A stretch of DNA of 64,000 nucleotides from Convolutriloba macropyga (GCF_964194025.1 NC_134481.1:1054001-1118000), one strand, 5' to 3'. Shown: positions 41,330 to 55,273, counted from the stretch's first letter. Numbers and translations: made by a program. Notes: generated by a model from the letters alone, not told the origin.

Positions 41330-42560
41330 TCTGTTGTCTCATCACTTAGTAGCATCAATGACAGGTCTGATTGGTTGCTAGTGAGGCCTAAAAGAACCTA
41401 ATTAATGGCTCGAGTTAATAGCTAGTGGTTTTCATGACTTTGACACTATTTTTAAGCAAAAATTTTGAGTGAATTGTTGAGTTCTGCAAGTATTTATTGT
41501 AGTTTTTGATGTCTTATCTGTAATCTCTTTGGGGACAGGTCCCTGATGCTGCTAATAAGGTTAAGTTTATCGGTTGAATCGCTTTTGTTAAAAGCTAGTG
41601 GTTTCTATGACTTTGACACTAATTGTTTTCAATAATAATTATCGAATTTTTGGAGTTTTGCGAGTTTTTCTTTTCAACTTTCTCATCTTAACCCCTAGTC
41701 TCATTATTGACAGGTCTCATTTGTTGCTAAAAAGGCTTCAATAAAAGCCAACTCATTCAGTTCATAGCTTTTGCTTTTTGTGACTTAAAGGCTTTATAGT
41801 TTTTTAAGAAGATTTTATTTTGCTAGTATTTGTTGTTTATTGCTGTCGTTTTGCTTTCTCATTGATGACAGTTCTCAACGGTGGTTGTTATGTAAATGAT
41901 GTAAAAGTTTTTTGAATTCATCAATGGGCAGCTATTGAGTTTCTGATTTCGACAATATTTCTCACAAACTCTTGTAAATTTTGGAGTTTCGCCAGTATTT
42001 GTCATTTGTTTTGTCAATCGGTCTCATTAACGACATATCTGTCTTGCTAACGACTGGATTGGTAAGGAGACGTAAGGTAAACTCTCTCTCCCAACAACTT
42101 CAGTTTATAGATGACGATATGAATGCCCTAAATACTAGTTGCTTTCGGATTTTTTTAAAATAGTTTTTGAGTTCAGCGCGTATTTGATGTTCCTGTAGTG
42201 TTACCACTTAGTCTCATTAATGACAGGTCCCATTTGCCTTCTATGAGACAAAGGTAGATCTTTTAAATGGTTTCAGTTGATACCTAATGGTTTCAATGGC
42301 TTTTGGGATTTCTACTTAAATTTCAATATTTCTGTTAGTATTGGTAGATTTTTGAGTGCTGCATATTTTCTTCTTTAACTTATTTGATATACATTTTCTA
42401 GAAATACGATTTTTGTTGCCTTTTTTGAATTTTTAATTTGAACTTTTTTTTGTAAAATTGAAATTTTAGAAATACTTATATCAAGTTTAATTTTAACGGA
42501 ACTTAATAGTTTTAACGACTTTGACACTTAGGACATTATCAATGTTTCTGAATTTTGCGC
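41330..42560. repeat. Diverged tandem array, period ~160-190 bp
   Basis: A recurring GTCTCATTAATGACAGGTC...TAGCTAGTGGTTT..ATGACTTTGACACT-like motif at ~41350, 41522, 41697, 41855, 42020 and 42210. Confidence 0.65.
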
Positions 42561-43455
42561 ATGGTTGCTGTTCTTCCTGTTGTCTTGTTATATTTTTAAT
42601 TTACGGCGGTTTCCATCGATTTTCTACTTGATATAATTAAATCTGTTGAACTGTTTTTTTTGGTAGTCAATGATTTCTCGTCGGATTTTTGTTCACATGC
42701 GGTAATGTGACTTGATTTTTGAGCGGATATTTCCTCGAGAGTTTTTCCAAATTCGTTCCTGCTCATTTCTGTGTTCCGTTTTCTATGTTCGCACAGTTTG
42801 ATGATCTTTAAAGTCAATATCGAACAGTGGTTGCGTAAACGCCGAAACAAGAAGCAGATCGAAGAAGTGAGTGATGGGGCTGTGTGGATTTTTTGCTTCA
42901 ATCTTAATATAAATTGGCAAAACTGTGATTGATCAAAATTTCGGTTCCTTTTTTCTTGTGTGATGATTTGACTTTTTATTTAAACGGTTTTGATTATTTT
43001 TGTCGTAGTATTTTTCAAAGGCTATCCCTAGTCATTTAGAGGTTCAATGTTCTGGTTTTCTTAATGGAATATCTTTGAGTTTCAATTCCGCTTCTTGTTT
43101 TGCTATGGTTTTTTTTGCGTCTGACGCCTGTTTTTTTTCTACATTTCTTCCCGTCGCAAACCTCATAGTGCCATATTTCCCCTCTATCGATACTGCTCGC
43201 CAGCCGCTTGTTAATGTTTGACGTCGTTTTTTGTCGAATTGTGTTATAAATTTTATGATCGTAAGTGGCTTACCTCACGTTTAACACCAATGTTAATGTG
43301 ACTTAAGATTACTGTAGGCATCCTCAAAGTCATTAGAGGACTCCCTTAAAATGAAGACTGTTACTAATGAAGCTTTGCGACTAAAATATAATAAGTTTTA
43401 TGATTTTTAAAGGTAATTTATATTTAAAAACTTTTTTGTTTTGTTTCTATTTTTA

Positions 43456-43500
43456 TACGCAGGTCTATTTTGTTACGCAGGTCTATTTTTTTACGCAGAT
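43456..43500. repeat. Short 18-bp tandem repeat (~2.5 copies)
   Basis: TACGCAGGTCTATTTT.. repeated. Confidence 0.75.
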
Positions 43501-44360
43501 GTGTTTTGTGGATGAGGTTGGGTGGTATTGAAGATTGTGTAAATAGCACGTTTGAATTTAGATTATGAAGGAGATATTAGCAACAGCAATGTAATTGGAA
43601 AATCAATTTTCCTATTGAATTGAGAATACTATTTCAGTGTTTTTTAATTTCGGAAATAATGTTTACAGATTACGATATGCTTATTTTTTGTATCTTGAGC
43701 CATTGCCATTTTTAATAAGTAATTAATACAATTATAAATTTTTACGCTGAAATGTCGGCTATGAAGAAAATTTTTTTGCAAGTTGTGTTTTTAAATGTGA
43801 TTTTGATGCTACGAATTCGCAAATTACTTTTAAACTTCGTAAATTTTGTTTTTGCATGAAACGTCATACGGTAGGTGCCGGTGATAAGAGCCCGAAAATC
43901 TGACGAATGAAAGCGTAAAATTGTCACGTTTTTTTCCAATGCAAGGCATGTGAAAAGCCCTGTTATTGAGCTCAACAAAATCATGTAAATCTGCTCAGTT
44001 TTTGTGTACTAGCGATTTATAGTGAGCCCTATTTAAACTAAAATTCATCCACGTGATCTTTTTATATTGTACGAATTGCAATGAAAGCGCGTGTTCTGTT
44101 AATCAAATGCAAATGATCTTAACGGTCGCTTTAGGCTCGCCTTAAGTCAAGAAACCCACTTCGTAAATTTGCTTAGCAAGTGTGACATGTAATCAGAAAC
44201 TGTATAATATACTATCAACATTAAACTGGATCAGCAACAAACAGTGATCTAATAGAGGTCACTGCGTTCCATTTTGCTAAATCTATATGATAATCTGAAT
44301 TAAAGTTTCTATATTAAGAGCGATTTACTTCATTTTGTGGCGTTTCAGGTTTATGTATCA

Positions 44361-47300
44361 ATGATGGGCCAATCTATTGCCGATATTTTCTCCTTCACGT
44401 CAATTTTACTAACTGGGTTCACCGGATTAGTGGGCAAATGTTTGGTGTGGAAGCTTCTGACAAGTTGCCCGGATCTGAAGAATATTTACGTTCTGGTCCG
44501 AGGAAGCAAAAAGATCCCAGATCCGAAACGACGATTCGAGGATCTTCTTAATTCGTTTCCTCTAAGCGAATTGAGCCAAAGTGTGAAGACCAAAATCGTC
44601 CTTTTAGAAGGCGATTTGAGCGTCAATTTTGAAAACTTCAACGGGTTGATTGCTCAAATTGACATGGTTGTACACGCTGCTTCAAGCGTCAATTTTGAGG
44701 AATCAATGAATACTTCAATAGAGGCCAATGTGGTTGGATGTAAGAACCTGCTGGATTTTTGCCTCACAACTTTGAAACCGAAGCTGTTCGTGTATATTTC
44801 GACAGCCTATGCCCATTGTGATCAAGGAGATTATTTGACTGAGAAGATCTCAACTGTTGAACAATCGCCTGATGACGTCATCAATGCCTTCAGGTTGGTC
44901 CAAATTGAACAAAGTCAAATAAAAATTCTGCTTAAAAATAGCTGGTCATTCAATATACTCGTACTCCATTGATATGTTTGTTCAACAGAGATTTCTGTTC
45001 GCATTGATAGTAGCTCGCATACTTTTTAATTGCTCTCAAACGAAGTTTGTAGCAATTATATTAGTCCTGTCGGTCTTTTTTTATGCGATTTTTCGCTTGA
45101 CAGATATTTTGTCTGACGCTTTTGACTTTTCGTCCTCAAAAACGGGATAAACAGGTAGCGCCCAGCGGGCATTAAGTTCTCTTAGAGCCTTTCAGCTCTG
45201 TTTCAGCTCAAACTGTTTTGGAGACTTATACTTATACTTATGGTGTGAAGTGTGAAGGGCGGTTCTTAGAGGTTGAGACACCCCCCCCCCCCCACCCCCT
45301 CTATTGCCTCCACCCCCGCGCTGTTGCCCCCATCCCATTGTTGCCCCCCAACCCAGTGTTGCCCCCCATCAGCCCCCGGTGACCCCCCCCCCCCCCCCCC
45401 CCCCGTGGCTAGCTACTGACGAAGGCAACCGCTCACCGGTCGTTTGAGAGCAATTCGACCGACGTTAGTCGGTTATGTTTATAAATTGTGCTGCATCACA
45501 AAAATGTGCGATCCACTTTCTCGTGAACGTTGAATGGAAAATGGCCATGTGGTCTAATTTTAACTGTCCTATAGGTTCAAAAGGCGTCTAAGAGTGTTCT
45601 AAAATGAGTGTGAAAAATTGATAATTGTTTTTTCAAACTTTTCTGCCGTTTCTCGAAAAATGTGACTTCAGTGCAGTTGGCTGTGCTCTCAAAAACTTTA
45701 ATTTACTAAGCAATCTTGATTGATAGTTTGTCTAAATTCTGTACTGAATTCTTGTCACTTTTGTCCTGTGAACTGGGATAAACATTAAACACAGTTCATT
45801 AAATCAATGAGCAGTACTCTTTAGTTTTAGTAAATAGTTTTTTCTGTCAATATTTAACCGATTCAAGTTATAATCACAATGGCTGGATTTCAAATTGAAA
45901 ATGGAAAACTAAACTCTGAAACTAAAACCCAGAGTGATAATTAGTATTCAATATTTATTTTTCTTTCAAAATGAAATTAACATTTCCTCCACTAGCAGAG
46001 AAAATTGATTCATATTTCAGGTCTAACTGCTGACTGAAACGTTAGTTGATCGGATTCTCTGAAATCTATGTTTCGTTCTGTCTCATTTAATGTTCGTTAA
46101 TATCATTTCACATCTTATCCTTCTAAATTTTGGGCCAAGCCTTGTATGCTTAAATTTACATGGACAAGTCCTGTCAATAGTAAAATTCTCGGATGTCGAT
46201 GAAAAACTATCGTTAGCGCGAGTTAATTCACACAGGGAAAGTTAATTCACACGGAAAGTAACCTAAGAATTATGTTGACTGCGAAGAGAAAGCAGACCAA
46301 GTTAATCCTCTGATTGAATTGAAATTGTAGATGGATGACAACAGAGATGGGTGGTGCCATTTCGCCCCTTCTGGTAAAAGACAAACCCAACAGCTATGTG
46401 TACAGCAAGGCACTTGCCGAGAACTACATTCTGTCTCGGAGTGAGTCGAGTCCTTTCCCAATTGCAGTGGTCAGACCAACCATCATTGGGGCTGCCTACC
46501 AGGAACCGCATCCTGGATTTATAGACAATCTTAACGCGATTACAGGTCGGTTACGTAAACATACTTAATTCGAAACACTCAAACGAAAATTGTAGCAATT
46601 GCTTGGCTCCTGTTGAATGAAATTGCTAGGCTACTGTTAACTTGGGTTAATTTCAGCAAAACAAACGAGAGCATGACTATCTATTATTTTAATCTACCCC
46701 AACTTAGTTATAGATAAATGAATGGTTATTTTTGATAAATGTTTGTTCACTCAGATATATTGAGGTCAATTTATTATATACTTCAAAGAGGAAGTGTTGA
46801 AACAAAAATGTACTTCAAGCAGTATGAACAGCCTCACGCAAATGAGCACATATGATTGGATCAAGTGCATGTAGTTTTTACAATATCTAAATGACTAAAT
46901 TTCTCAAAGATCAATTTTGGTTAGTTCATAATTAATTCATAATTAAAGTTTGAAGCAATTATTGTAAATTTGTCTTTTATATGCAAAATTTTTGCGCTTT
47001 TCTGCTAGAAAACTTGCGATCTCAAGTGATCTCAATTGCTATTACTCCGATGTTAATATTACTCCGATGTTAAGTCATTTGTTAAAGTAAAAGCGAGTAT
47101 AGTAGAGGAGATTACAAGGGCTTCTGTCGAGGGCTCTGGAGGTCGCGGGGTCAAAGTCCGCCATGGTCGGATGCTTTAGCACCCATAAACAACAATTTAT
47201 TTAGGCTCTTGAATTAAATTACCCCGCCTGTCGTTCGAGAGCAATTTCTCCAACGTTAGTCGCTTTATATTTATTAATTGCTCTCGAAGAAGTTTGAAGC

Positions 47301-49484
47301 GATTTTTATAGACATGCTTGTTTTTTATGCAACATGTTTGCTCGACCGTTTTCTTTTGATTTCACTTCTCGTGTGACTTTTCTTCTTGATTTTCGCGTGA
47401 CCTAAATTGCTCTTAATCAGAAATTAAGTCTGTTGCTAAGACAAAAGCGATTGTTAGATAATTTTTTACAATGTTCTGATAACCAAGTGTTTAATGCTGC
47501 AGTCTTACGCTGGAAGGCAGGTGTTGGAACCCGGCCTTACTGGAAACTTCTCGGGGCTAGAGCCCATCTGAATTAAATTGCTGCCAAAAGTTCGAGAGCC
47601 ATGTGTTAGTCGTTGTGTATTTGCTTAATTAGGAGTGCGCCATTTCTTGACAGAATGTTAGAAGTTTCATCATTATCTGGCAAAATGATTCCAAATTATT
47701 TCAGTGTGATTTTTTTTTAGTTTTACGCTCAACTACTGTCAATTTTTCTTTTACAAACGGGCCCTTAACGAGTTTTAGACCAGTACACGCCGTTAGCCTT
47801 CTCTTTGGAAGCCTTACGGAGAAACAATCATGTTTATGATCAGAAATCCCCTTCAGAGTCAAAAGATCATATTTACATAAGCAGTTGAAAAAGTTATAGA
47901 ATTTCAGAATTCATAGGCTTTTATATAGAATTTCCGGCTACGTTTTTTTTTCAATTGAAGGATTTGAATTGTTTTGGGGTGCTGACTATTTTTAAGATCT
48001 ATTTGCATATTTGGATGGTGTCAAATTGTAGCACAGCAAGAATCATAGCAAAGTTTGGACGAACGTTTTGCGGTTCGAAATTTTTGCTATTTGAGTTGAG
48101 AAAATGTGCGAATAAAAGTTTTTTCTTCTTTATGTGCGTTAAATTGACATTAATTTTTGCTGAATTGTTTGACAAATCTGTTACGAGTCCTTTCGTTTTA
48201 AATTTGATGAATAATTATAATGATAATGAGACAATCAATTTAATATTAAAGTTTAGTGTTTACATTTTGAGTATTTGCTCTAGTTTAGTTGCTTGAAAAT
48301 GTATTATATGTTGCAGCAGCGACGCCGTTAGTCAAGTTTGTATCTTTTGCTACTATACTCTAAGTAAGTCTATTTTGCAGATAATTCGGCAATCTTCCGG
48401 CCATATTTTTGTCCTGTTGTTTTTGAAATGTTTCTTTTCGCTTGATTGTTAACCTCTATTAGGTTGAGAAAGTAAGAGATTAAACAAGAGTTGACATTCT
48501 GAAAACGAGTTATAAAAACCTTCTAGATATTTTGTATACATAATGGAAAAATTGTTTAAATGGAAAAAGAATTATCAGCCTCAATTTAAATAAGGTTTAA
48601 AACTTAATAACCTTAATAAGGGTTAACTGTTTTCTCTTCCCTCGTAGTGCTTCTCAAATATGTCTTAAAGTGGTTAATCAGTGGCCTTGTGAATTTTATA
48701 GCCAATTTTTCTATAATTTGTTGCTGATCTCAATTTTTTGGTTTAAGGGGCAATCTCAGCGGGTGCTTACGGCATCTGGAAAATGACCAGCTTTGACGCC
48801 AACATAATCTTTGATTGTATCCCGGTGGATTTTTGTGTGAACGGAATCATATCCACTTGTGCTTATTGTCTCAACAACTCACAGCCTTTCAAAAGCCCAT
48901 TTGTGGTCCATTTAGCCACCAGTACTGAAAAACCGTGTAGCTGGTCGTTGTGGCCCACGCTTCAGAAACGGGCGAGAGCGGAATCTCCGATGGAAAACAG
49001 TATCCGATACCCTCACGTGATGCAGGTATCGCCATTTATGGAAAAGATCTTCAAAGTTGTTTACGTCAACTTCTTCGTAGTATTCTATGATTTATTGCTT
49101 AAAATGAGTGGAAATAAATTCAGACTGTCAAGAATCAATCGAAAAATGGACCGGATGTTCAAATTGACGACATACTTTATCCAGAAACAGTGGTCGTGGG
49201 AACAAACTTCGTTCACAAAAGTTAAAGGGTTCCAAACCGAACTGGACCAAAATGACATATTTAGCCTTGATTACAGTGTACTTAAATGGGATGATTACTA
49301 CATTAGTTACTATAAAGGTGTGAAGAAATTTCTGTTCAAAGAGGCTACTTCTGACCTGAGCAGAGCTCGAAAACGGCAGAAGATACTTGCGTTTATGTAC
49401 TATATAGGCGAGCCATTATTGTTGCTCTTGTTTTGTGTTGTGTTATATCTTCCATTTCACGTGGCTTATAAAGTTCTATTTTAA
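44361..49484 (+). CDS. FAR: Fatty acyl-CoA reductase (exons 44361-44893, 46331-46545, 48748-49484)
   Basis: LLTGFTGLVGK Rossmann motif, HAASSVNF, YISTAY, catalytic YVYSK, VVRPTIIG, DCIPVD, C-terminal male-sterility-type domain and hydrophobic tail. Introns in phase. Confidence 0.92.
45028..45480 (+). mobile_element. Helentron-associated non-autonomous element (HINE/DINE-1-like), best-preserved copy
   Basis: 5' subTIR AATTGCTCTCAAACG with an adjacent partial inverted copy, a C-rich microsatellite, 3' subTIR CGTTTGAGAGCAATT (45441-45455), stem-loop ACCGAC-GTTA-GTCGGT, T-rich ends, no TSD seen. Confidence 0.8.
46946..47622 (+). mobile_element. Two head-to-tail HINE-like copies with tRNA-like internal modules
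   Basis: The 3' subTIR at 47232-47246 and hairpin are directly followed by a new 5' subTIR at 47276. The second 3' end is at ~47591-47622. Confidence 0.68.
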
Positions 49485-50143
49485 ATGGACGAAAATGATA
49501 AATTTGAGTTACACAATCAATGATAAGCTAAAATGTATTTTAATTGTATTGTCATCATTAATTACAAGAGTTTCAAATCATTGCTGTGTTGTGTAATCGA
49601 GTGATAAATTGTTTTCTCTTTTCTACCCCCAACCCCCCCCCCCCCCCCCACCCATAAAAATGTCTAGTTTTTAACTTATTTCTGAGCAATTTGAGAAAAA
49701 AATTCAGAAATAATTGTATTAGAAAGTTTGAGTTTAAATTTCTTGATTTTTCGACTAAGATATTTGGACAAAATATAGGTAGGGATGCAAATATGGTGAA
49801 ATAATTGTTACAGTTATTTTTGAGTGTGGGGATATCTTCCTGCTGTGTGTCTAATAGAGGAGAGAAAACAGTTTTTGCAATGTTTTACAACTAAAGTTAG
49901 AAGGATTATCCCTTCTAAGAATGTTTAGTCTTGAATAGTTTTCTCTTGTAATGAATTCTTCAATTCTGTATTTGGAAACTTGATGTCTAATACTTCGTTT
50001 GAACAGTCAGATAAAGATGTATCTTTATTTTCGGGCATTAAAACTTCTTCTATCAAATATTTTTTTGTAAATTGTAGGAAATCGAAATTTGAAAAACACG
50101 ACAAGCAATTCAATGCGCTCGAACGAAGTTGCAATCAATGCTT

Positions 50144-50519
50144 AATTGCTCTCGAACGAAGTCTGAGGAACTTATTGTCAATATGTGTCTTTTATGCATA
50201 GTTTTTGCAGGACCGTTTTTTCTAGAACATTCTTTGACTTCTATACTGACTTGAGATCTTCATTCATGAGTAGTCTAAGTTGCTCTCTTTCTGATTAGTT
50301 TGTTGCTAATATAAAATTGACTGTGAGCAAAAATGAAGCAGCGTTGTTGTAGCGTAGTGGTTAAGATGTTGAACTGGCGTCCTGGAGGCATGCGGTGCGA
50401 ACCCCTGTGGGGATAATTTTTTTGCCCCGATTGAACATTTCAAGCCACACCCCCTCTAGATTAAATTCCCCCGCCTGCCGTTTGAGAGCAATTCATGTGG
50501 CGTTAGTTAGTTTATATTT
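50144..50519 (+). mobile_element. HINE-like copy carrying a tRNA-like A/B-box module
   Basis: AATTGCTCTCGAACG ... CGTTTGAGAGCAATT (50479-50493). Internal TAGCGTAGTGG and GGTGCGAACCC. Confidence 0.72.
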
Positions 50520-50564
50520 GTAAACGTGGTTTTTTACGCCATATATTGCATGTCCGCTTTAGGT

Positions 50565-50957
50565 AAATGCTCTCAAATCAGTTTTGTGGTCTTTTTGACA
50601 ATTATTTTAGCGTATGCAAATTTTTCGCTTGATGAATTTGTCAACTGGCAATTTGACTTTTTGGGCGACTTTTTTCGCGATAGAGTTTTGCGTTATTGAA
50701 GTTGCTTGCGTTCAGAAACTAAACCGCTTATTTAATACCTATAGTTTACTTTTAAATGTCAAGTTAAAAACCGCCTAAATGTCGTTCTTGTGGTCTTATT
50801 TGTTTCTCTTTTTTCTCTCGAAATCTTGAAAGTGATCGAAAGTAAGCTTTCGTGTCATATGTCCAGGCTAATATCCCTCAGCACTGCTGAAGCACGCTAA
50901 ATAGAGCCCCATGTTGTTTGAGAGCTGTTTGTCCGACTAATGTTGTGTCGGTTAATT
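50565..50957 (+). mobile_element. HINE-like copy (degenerate)
   Basis: AAATGCTCTCAAA start, shared TATGCAAATTTTTCGCTTGA core, GTTTGAGAGC and CCGAC...GTCGG end. Confidence 0.55.
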
Positions 50958-53127
50958 CGAAGTAATTTGGTTGGATCTTATTGTTCAATTTTCCGTTTGT
51001 GCCCTAGCCTGGAGGGTTTATATTATTTGCACGCACGTGCCATATTTTTACATAATGATTTACTATGTAACGGCACGTGCTCTGCTACGGGGGGGGGGGG
51101 GGCTGTGGGGGTTCGTAGCGTACGGGGGGTGGAGGCACAAACGGAAAAGATCAAACAATTCATCAGCGTTCTGGTGCTGTGTTAGGAAAGATACCTTTGA
51201 GATTGACTTTGTGCTTTACTAGAACTTTTTTGTTGGTTTGAGTGAAGTTGAAGCTGATAATTTATGAATAAAGAACAGTGGAATGGGTCGAGAAAAAAAT
51301 AACCAATGAGTTGGCAGAGTCAGTGGATCGTAACACAAGCGCAACATCCTACTCCTCGTTTCATCACAAATTTTTCAAAGAGTCTTTCAAAGATTTTTCT
51401 CTTCAGGTTTTAACAAGTCGTTTATTTTCTGCAAACTATATCTGGCCATGTTGCCCTCTTGTGGTTCTGATATTTTTTTTTTTGAAAGTGTCAGTTTTCG
51501 ATTAGCTTGCTGCTATCTTATCCCTAACTGTTTTTAGCTTGCTCTATTTGAACTTCTAATGCTTTCTATTCGACAGGCTACCGATATATATTTTCCATCA
51601 TTCTTACAATTTTTTTTATCACTACGCAGTACACTCACATAATAAGGAGCCTAAGAAACTGATTTGTGCGTTCAGTTTTTTGTTTACATAATTAAATTTT
51701 TTGTGAAGCAATGTGAAGCACGTGATATGCTTGTACAGACGAGTTTCACTTCGATGGAAGTCCTCTTTTCAATGGTACTGAAAGTGCAATTTTCGTGTAT
51801 AGGCCTGAAAGTGTCAGATCCTGTTTTACGTAAGATTTTAAGTGGAATTTTTTAAGCAAAATTATGGGCCATTGCTGGAACTGCACCGCCAAACCAAGGC
51901 CATTTAAGCCAATAGTTAGTCTGATTGTCAGTATAATATTAGTTTTTTGAATAGAATATCAATACTAGTTGAGGAATTGGGTAGTGTTGTATTTTTTAAT
52001 TTCACTACTGACTTAGAGTGTCAAGGTCCAATTTCATTTTTGAGGTGCGTCGGTCATAGTTGTTGATTGTCCAAGAACATACCACGTCTGAAGCACAGCC
52101 ATATGTCAAGAATTTGAAGCTTTCAGTCAGTCTTTATTTATTGCCTTCAAATTTCAAACAAATTTTTCGAAAAAACTTGATAACTCGTTTTCTGAGATCC
52201 AACAAAAGCGTTTGTTTTTTGTGGTGTTGGTTCTCAATATTCAATTTTTGCCGCTCCTCTGTAGCTGTTAATTTGATATTTCCAACTCTTCCAATAATTG
52301 GATTTGATTTCATTGCTGATTGATGGCTCTCAAGTCAAAAGTTTTCGGTTTTATGTATTTTTCGGTTTTATTCACCCAATCTCAGTACGTTGTTAAACAT
52401 TTGTCGCTTTCGGGTACAACGATAATAGAATGGGAGAGAGGTTAACGTCTCAACGTATTCCTGCAAACCTAATAATATAGTTCTGGCTATCGAATCAAGA
52501 AATGGCTCCATAGTCTTGTCGTGGTCTCCTGATGATTTTGCACCCCAGTGCTTTTTTTAGTAAAAATTGAGGGGGGGGGGGGGGGTGTTGGAATAGACCT
52601 TGGTCTCCAAAGATATTGCCATTGGAAATAATAAGTGAGCACTGACTTAATTTTTTATGTGTTAAGGTTTAAAGAACGTTTTCTGAAAAAAAATACAATT
52701 AAGTTGAGAGGCTATGTCTTCTTTTTCTGCTTCGTACCGCCGTATGGTTCCACTTGAGGAAATTTGATATCATTATGCCCACTTCTAACATTTGATATTA
52801 TCGGAGTGATAGCTCATGGCCGAGGTCTGTAGATTTGTTCATGTAATGTGGCTCCAAAAATAATGTGGCTCCTACTGATGTATAATTAAAATGTCAAAAA
52901 ACATCTTTGCAAATATCCTATCTGAATCAATTTCTTTCATTTTTTCAAAATTTTTTCGACACGTATGCGTTTTTTGCCTCGGTGGCGTGAACATTCCTTT
53001 CAATTTAGTTACTTAGTTTGTAGCTTGAATAGTTTTTATTTACTGCTCTGGGGGAATTAAAATTAGCAGGGATTTTGTGTAAATTCTGTTTTTTAAAATA
53101 AATTCTGTTTTTGAAAACTTTGATCCA

Positions 53128-55273
53128 TGGGTGAACAGACAAAACAGTCCCAGACAAAAGAGTCTTAAATTGCAAAATAGTCTCAGACAAAACAGTCCCA
53201 GACAAAATAGTCCGAAGAAAAGAAACAATACAGTCCCGCTCAAAGCGCTCGTTAGACAGATCAAAAAGAAAGTGCAGCTCTGATCTTGAAAGCTTTGAAG
53301 TCGGAAATTTAAAATTAAAAATGACCCAATAGTTGGTGATCTGGACTCACATTTGGAGGTCGCTGGTTAGAGCCCGAGTGGGAAAAAATATTTTCGCGAA
53401 AAGCAAGAATTGAGGTTAAATCACTCGGAAAGTGGGAAAAACTGAGAAAAAGGTTAGAATCCGGAGAACCCGGCCATGGGTTGCCGTACGAGAAAGTAAA
53501 ATAAAAAGATAGTTCATGATCGTTATTTTGTAATAATCAGATAGCTTCTAGCGTTGTTTTGAACTTAAAATTTTTTGGTAGAAAATGAATGAATTGAAAT
53601 ACAGAAAATAAACGATCACAATAACAAAAGCAAGACCTGTTAGAGTTGGATATTATAACTGCAGGCTCTGAAAAAATCGATCATATTCTGATGCTGGTGC
53701 TTTTGAACAGGATCTTGTAACTTCGCATCAATTTTCGCGTAAGTTGCTTTCTTTAGCCTTTTTACTTGCTGGCCAGCTGTTATCTTCTCCACCATTGTTT
53801 CTGAGTTTTTCTGTTTGTCATTGAATTTCTCAATCAGTTTGGTTAGTGAAGGATCTTTTGTATTAACCAAATTGACAAAATTACTGCTCCAGCCTTCGAC
53901 GGAGTTGTTTTTGGCATAGCCCTTCTTTATGCGCTCGCAGCAATTCCATCGTTCAATTGCAAATCGAGGTTTCTGTCTCTGTCCAGTAGAGCTGTATCGA
54001 CCGATGTAATTGTCTTCAAAGTTGTTGAAAATTGGTTCACAGCCCTCTGGGCAAGTTGACTGCAATTTTTCAAATGCAGTAATGACATCTTTTACTGGCA
54101 CAAGCCGCGCAAAGCATCATTCTGATATGCTCTGGGAACTCTCACGTTATTGCTGTATTCCGATCCTTTGCCGGCTGACTGCACATGTCTCAACAGGTTC
54201 TGACCTAGGTGAAAGAAACAAAATTGAATTTGGACGTTTTCATTCCACCTAAGGAATGCATTCCGAACTTAATTTAGAAATCGATCGTTACTCGTTTTCT
54301 TGATGATTCCGGACGTGAACAGTAGTTTTTGGTGGCTCTCTTCTTTTTTTATCAGGAAGAACAGCATAAACGAGAGGCAAGTTGACGCCGTCAACCGAAG
54401 CGTGAATTGTGTAGACCTGATTCAAGACGTTTGGAGCTGTTGAACATGTCCTATCGCAGAACCAGTTATCGGATTGCTCTAGCAAGTCAATGGTTGGCAG
54501 AGTTGCAAAAACAATAACTCTTTCGTCATCTTGGGGCCCTGAATCATAATACATGAACTTCTCATCACTATGTGCCATCTGTAATAACTCGGGAATCTGA
54601 AATCCTTTCAGCGACGAAGGCTCACTCTTTTGTGGACGATTTTGTTCGCGCGTTCTGTTGGTTTGAGTTGTAAGCTGGGAAATTGGCTGCTGTTTCTCTG
54701 TTGATGTCTTTTTGTTTGGCGGGGAGTCAGCCATTGCTGCTCTGTCTATCAACGCCGAGCGGAGTTTTCCCTCTTCAATGTCTGCTGGATCAGGTAAATG
54801 GATGTGAACTTTGATAACTTCTATATTTTCATTGCGTAGCCTGACTCGGCCATTGCATTTTGTAATACAGCAGCTTCAAGAAGATGCGCAATCTATAAGC
54901 TATCGGTGCCTAATTTAGCCATAGCCTTCAAAAATTAGCAATTCCGATGTTTTGTTGGTCTGAATGAATTCCATGTTAACAATTGGCGTCAAAATTATGA
55001 CGCCAAACATCGTGAGGCACTCTTTTATATGCCTCACAATTAAAACAAAACCTGTCATTGAGTTTAACAACTGGTTTTGCGTCCACTTTTAATACCTTGA
55101 TTATTTGATTTGGTTTAGCTGAATTGTCGGAATAACTTTCGCTAATTAATGCGTTGAGTCAAAATCTTGGGACTATTTTGTGTGGGACTGTTTTGTCTGT
55201 TTTTAGGGACTGTTTTGTCTGGGATTATTTTGCGATTTAGGATTATTTTTTCTGGGACTGTTTTGTCCGGACA
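53128..55273 (-). mobile_element. Mutator-like (MULE) DNA transposon with ~100-bp imperfect TIRs built of GACAAAACAGTCCCA repeats
   Basis: Left repeats at 53137-53238 are inverted relative to the TGGGACTGTTTTGTC repeats at 55168-55270. They enclose transposase remnants. Confidence 0.85.
53640..54974 (-). pseudogene. FLYWCH-MULE transposase, disrupted
   Basis: MEFIQTNKN...FEGY...CCITKCNGRV...HIHLPDP; YDSGPQDDERVIVFAT...WFCD(R)TCSTAP...QVYTIH...LPLVYAVLPDK; FEDNYIG...RWN...NNSVEGW. Confidence 0.88.

Noticed and set aside
50343-50416. Functional tRNA gene
   Set aside because: Acceptor and anticodon stems pair poorly, the B-box is mutated, and it lies inside a repeat. Treated as a tRNA-derived module.
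40997-52585. Poly-G/poly-C runs (40997, 45281-45405, 49626, 51088, 52570) as functional G-quadruplex elements
   Set aside because: Some lie within repeats or microsatellites, and homopolymer lengths are error-prone. No independent support.
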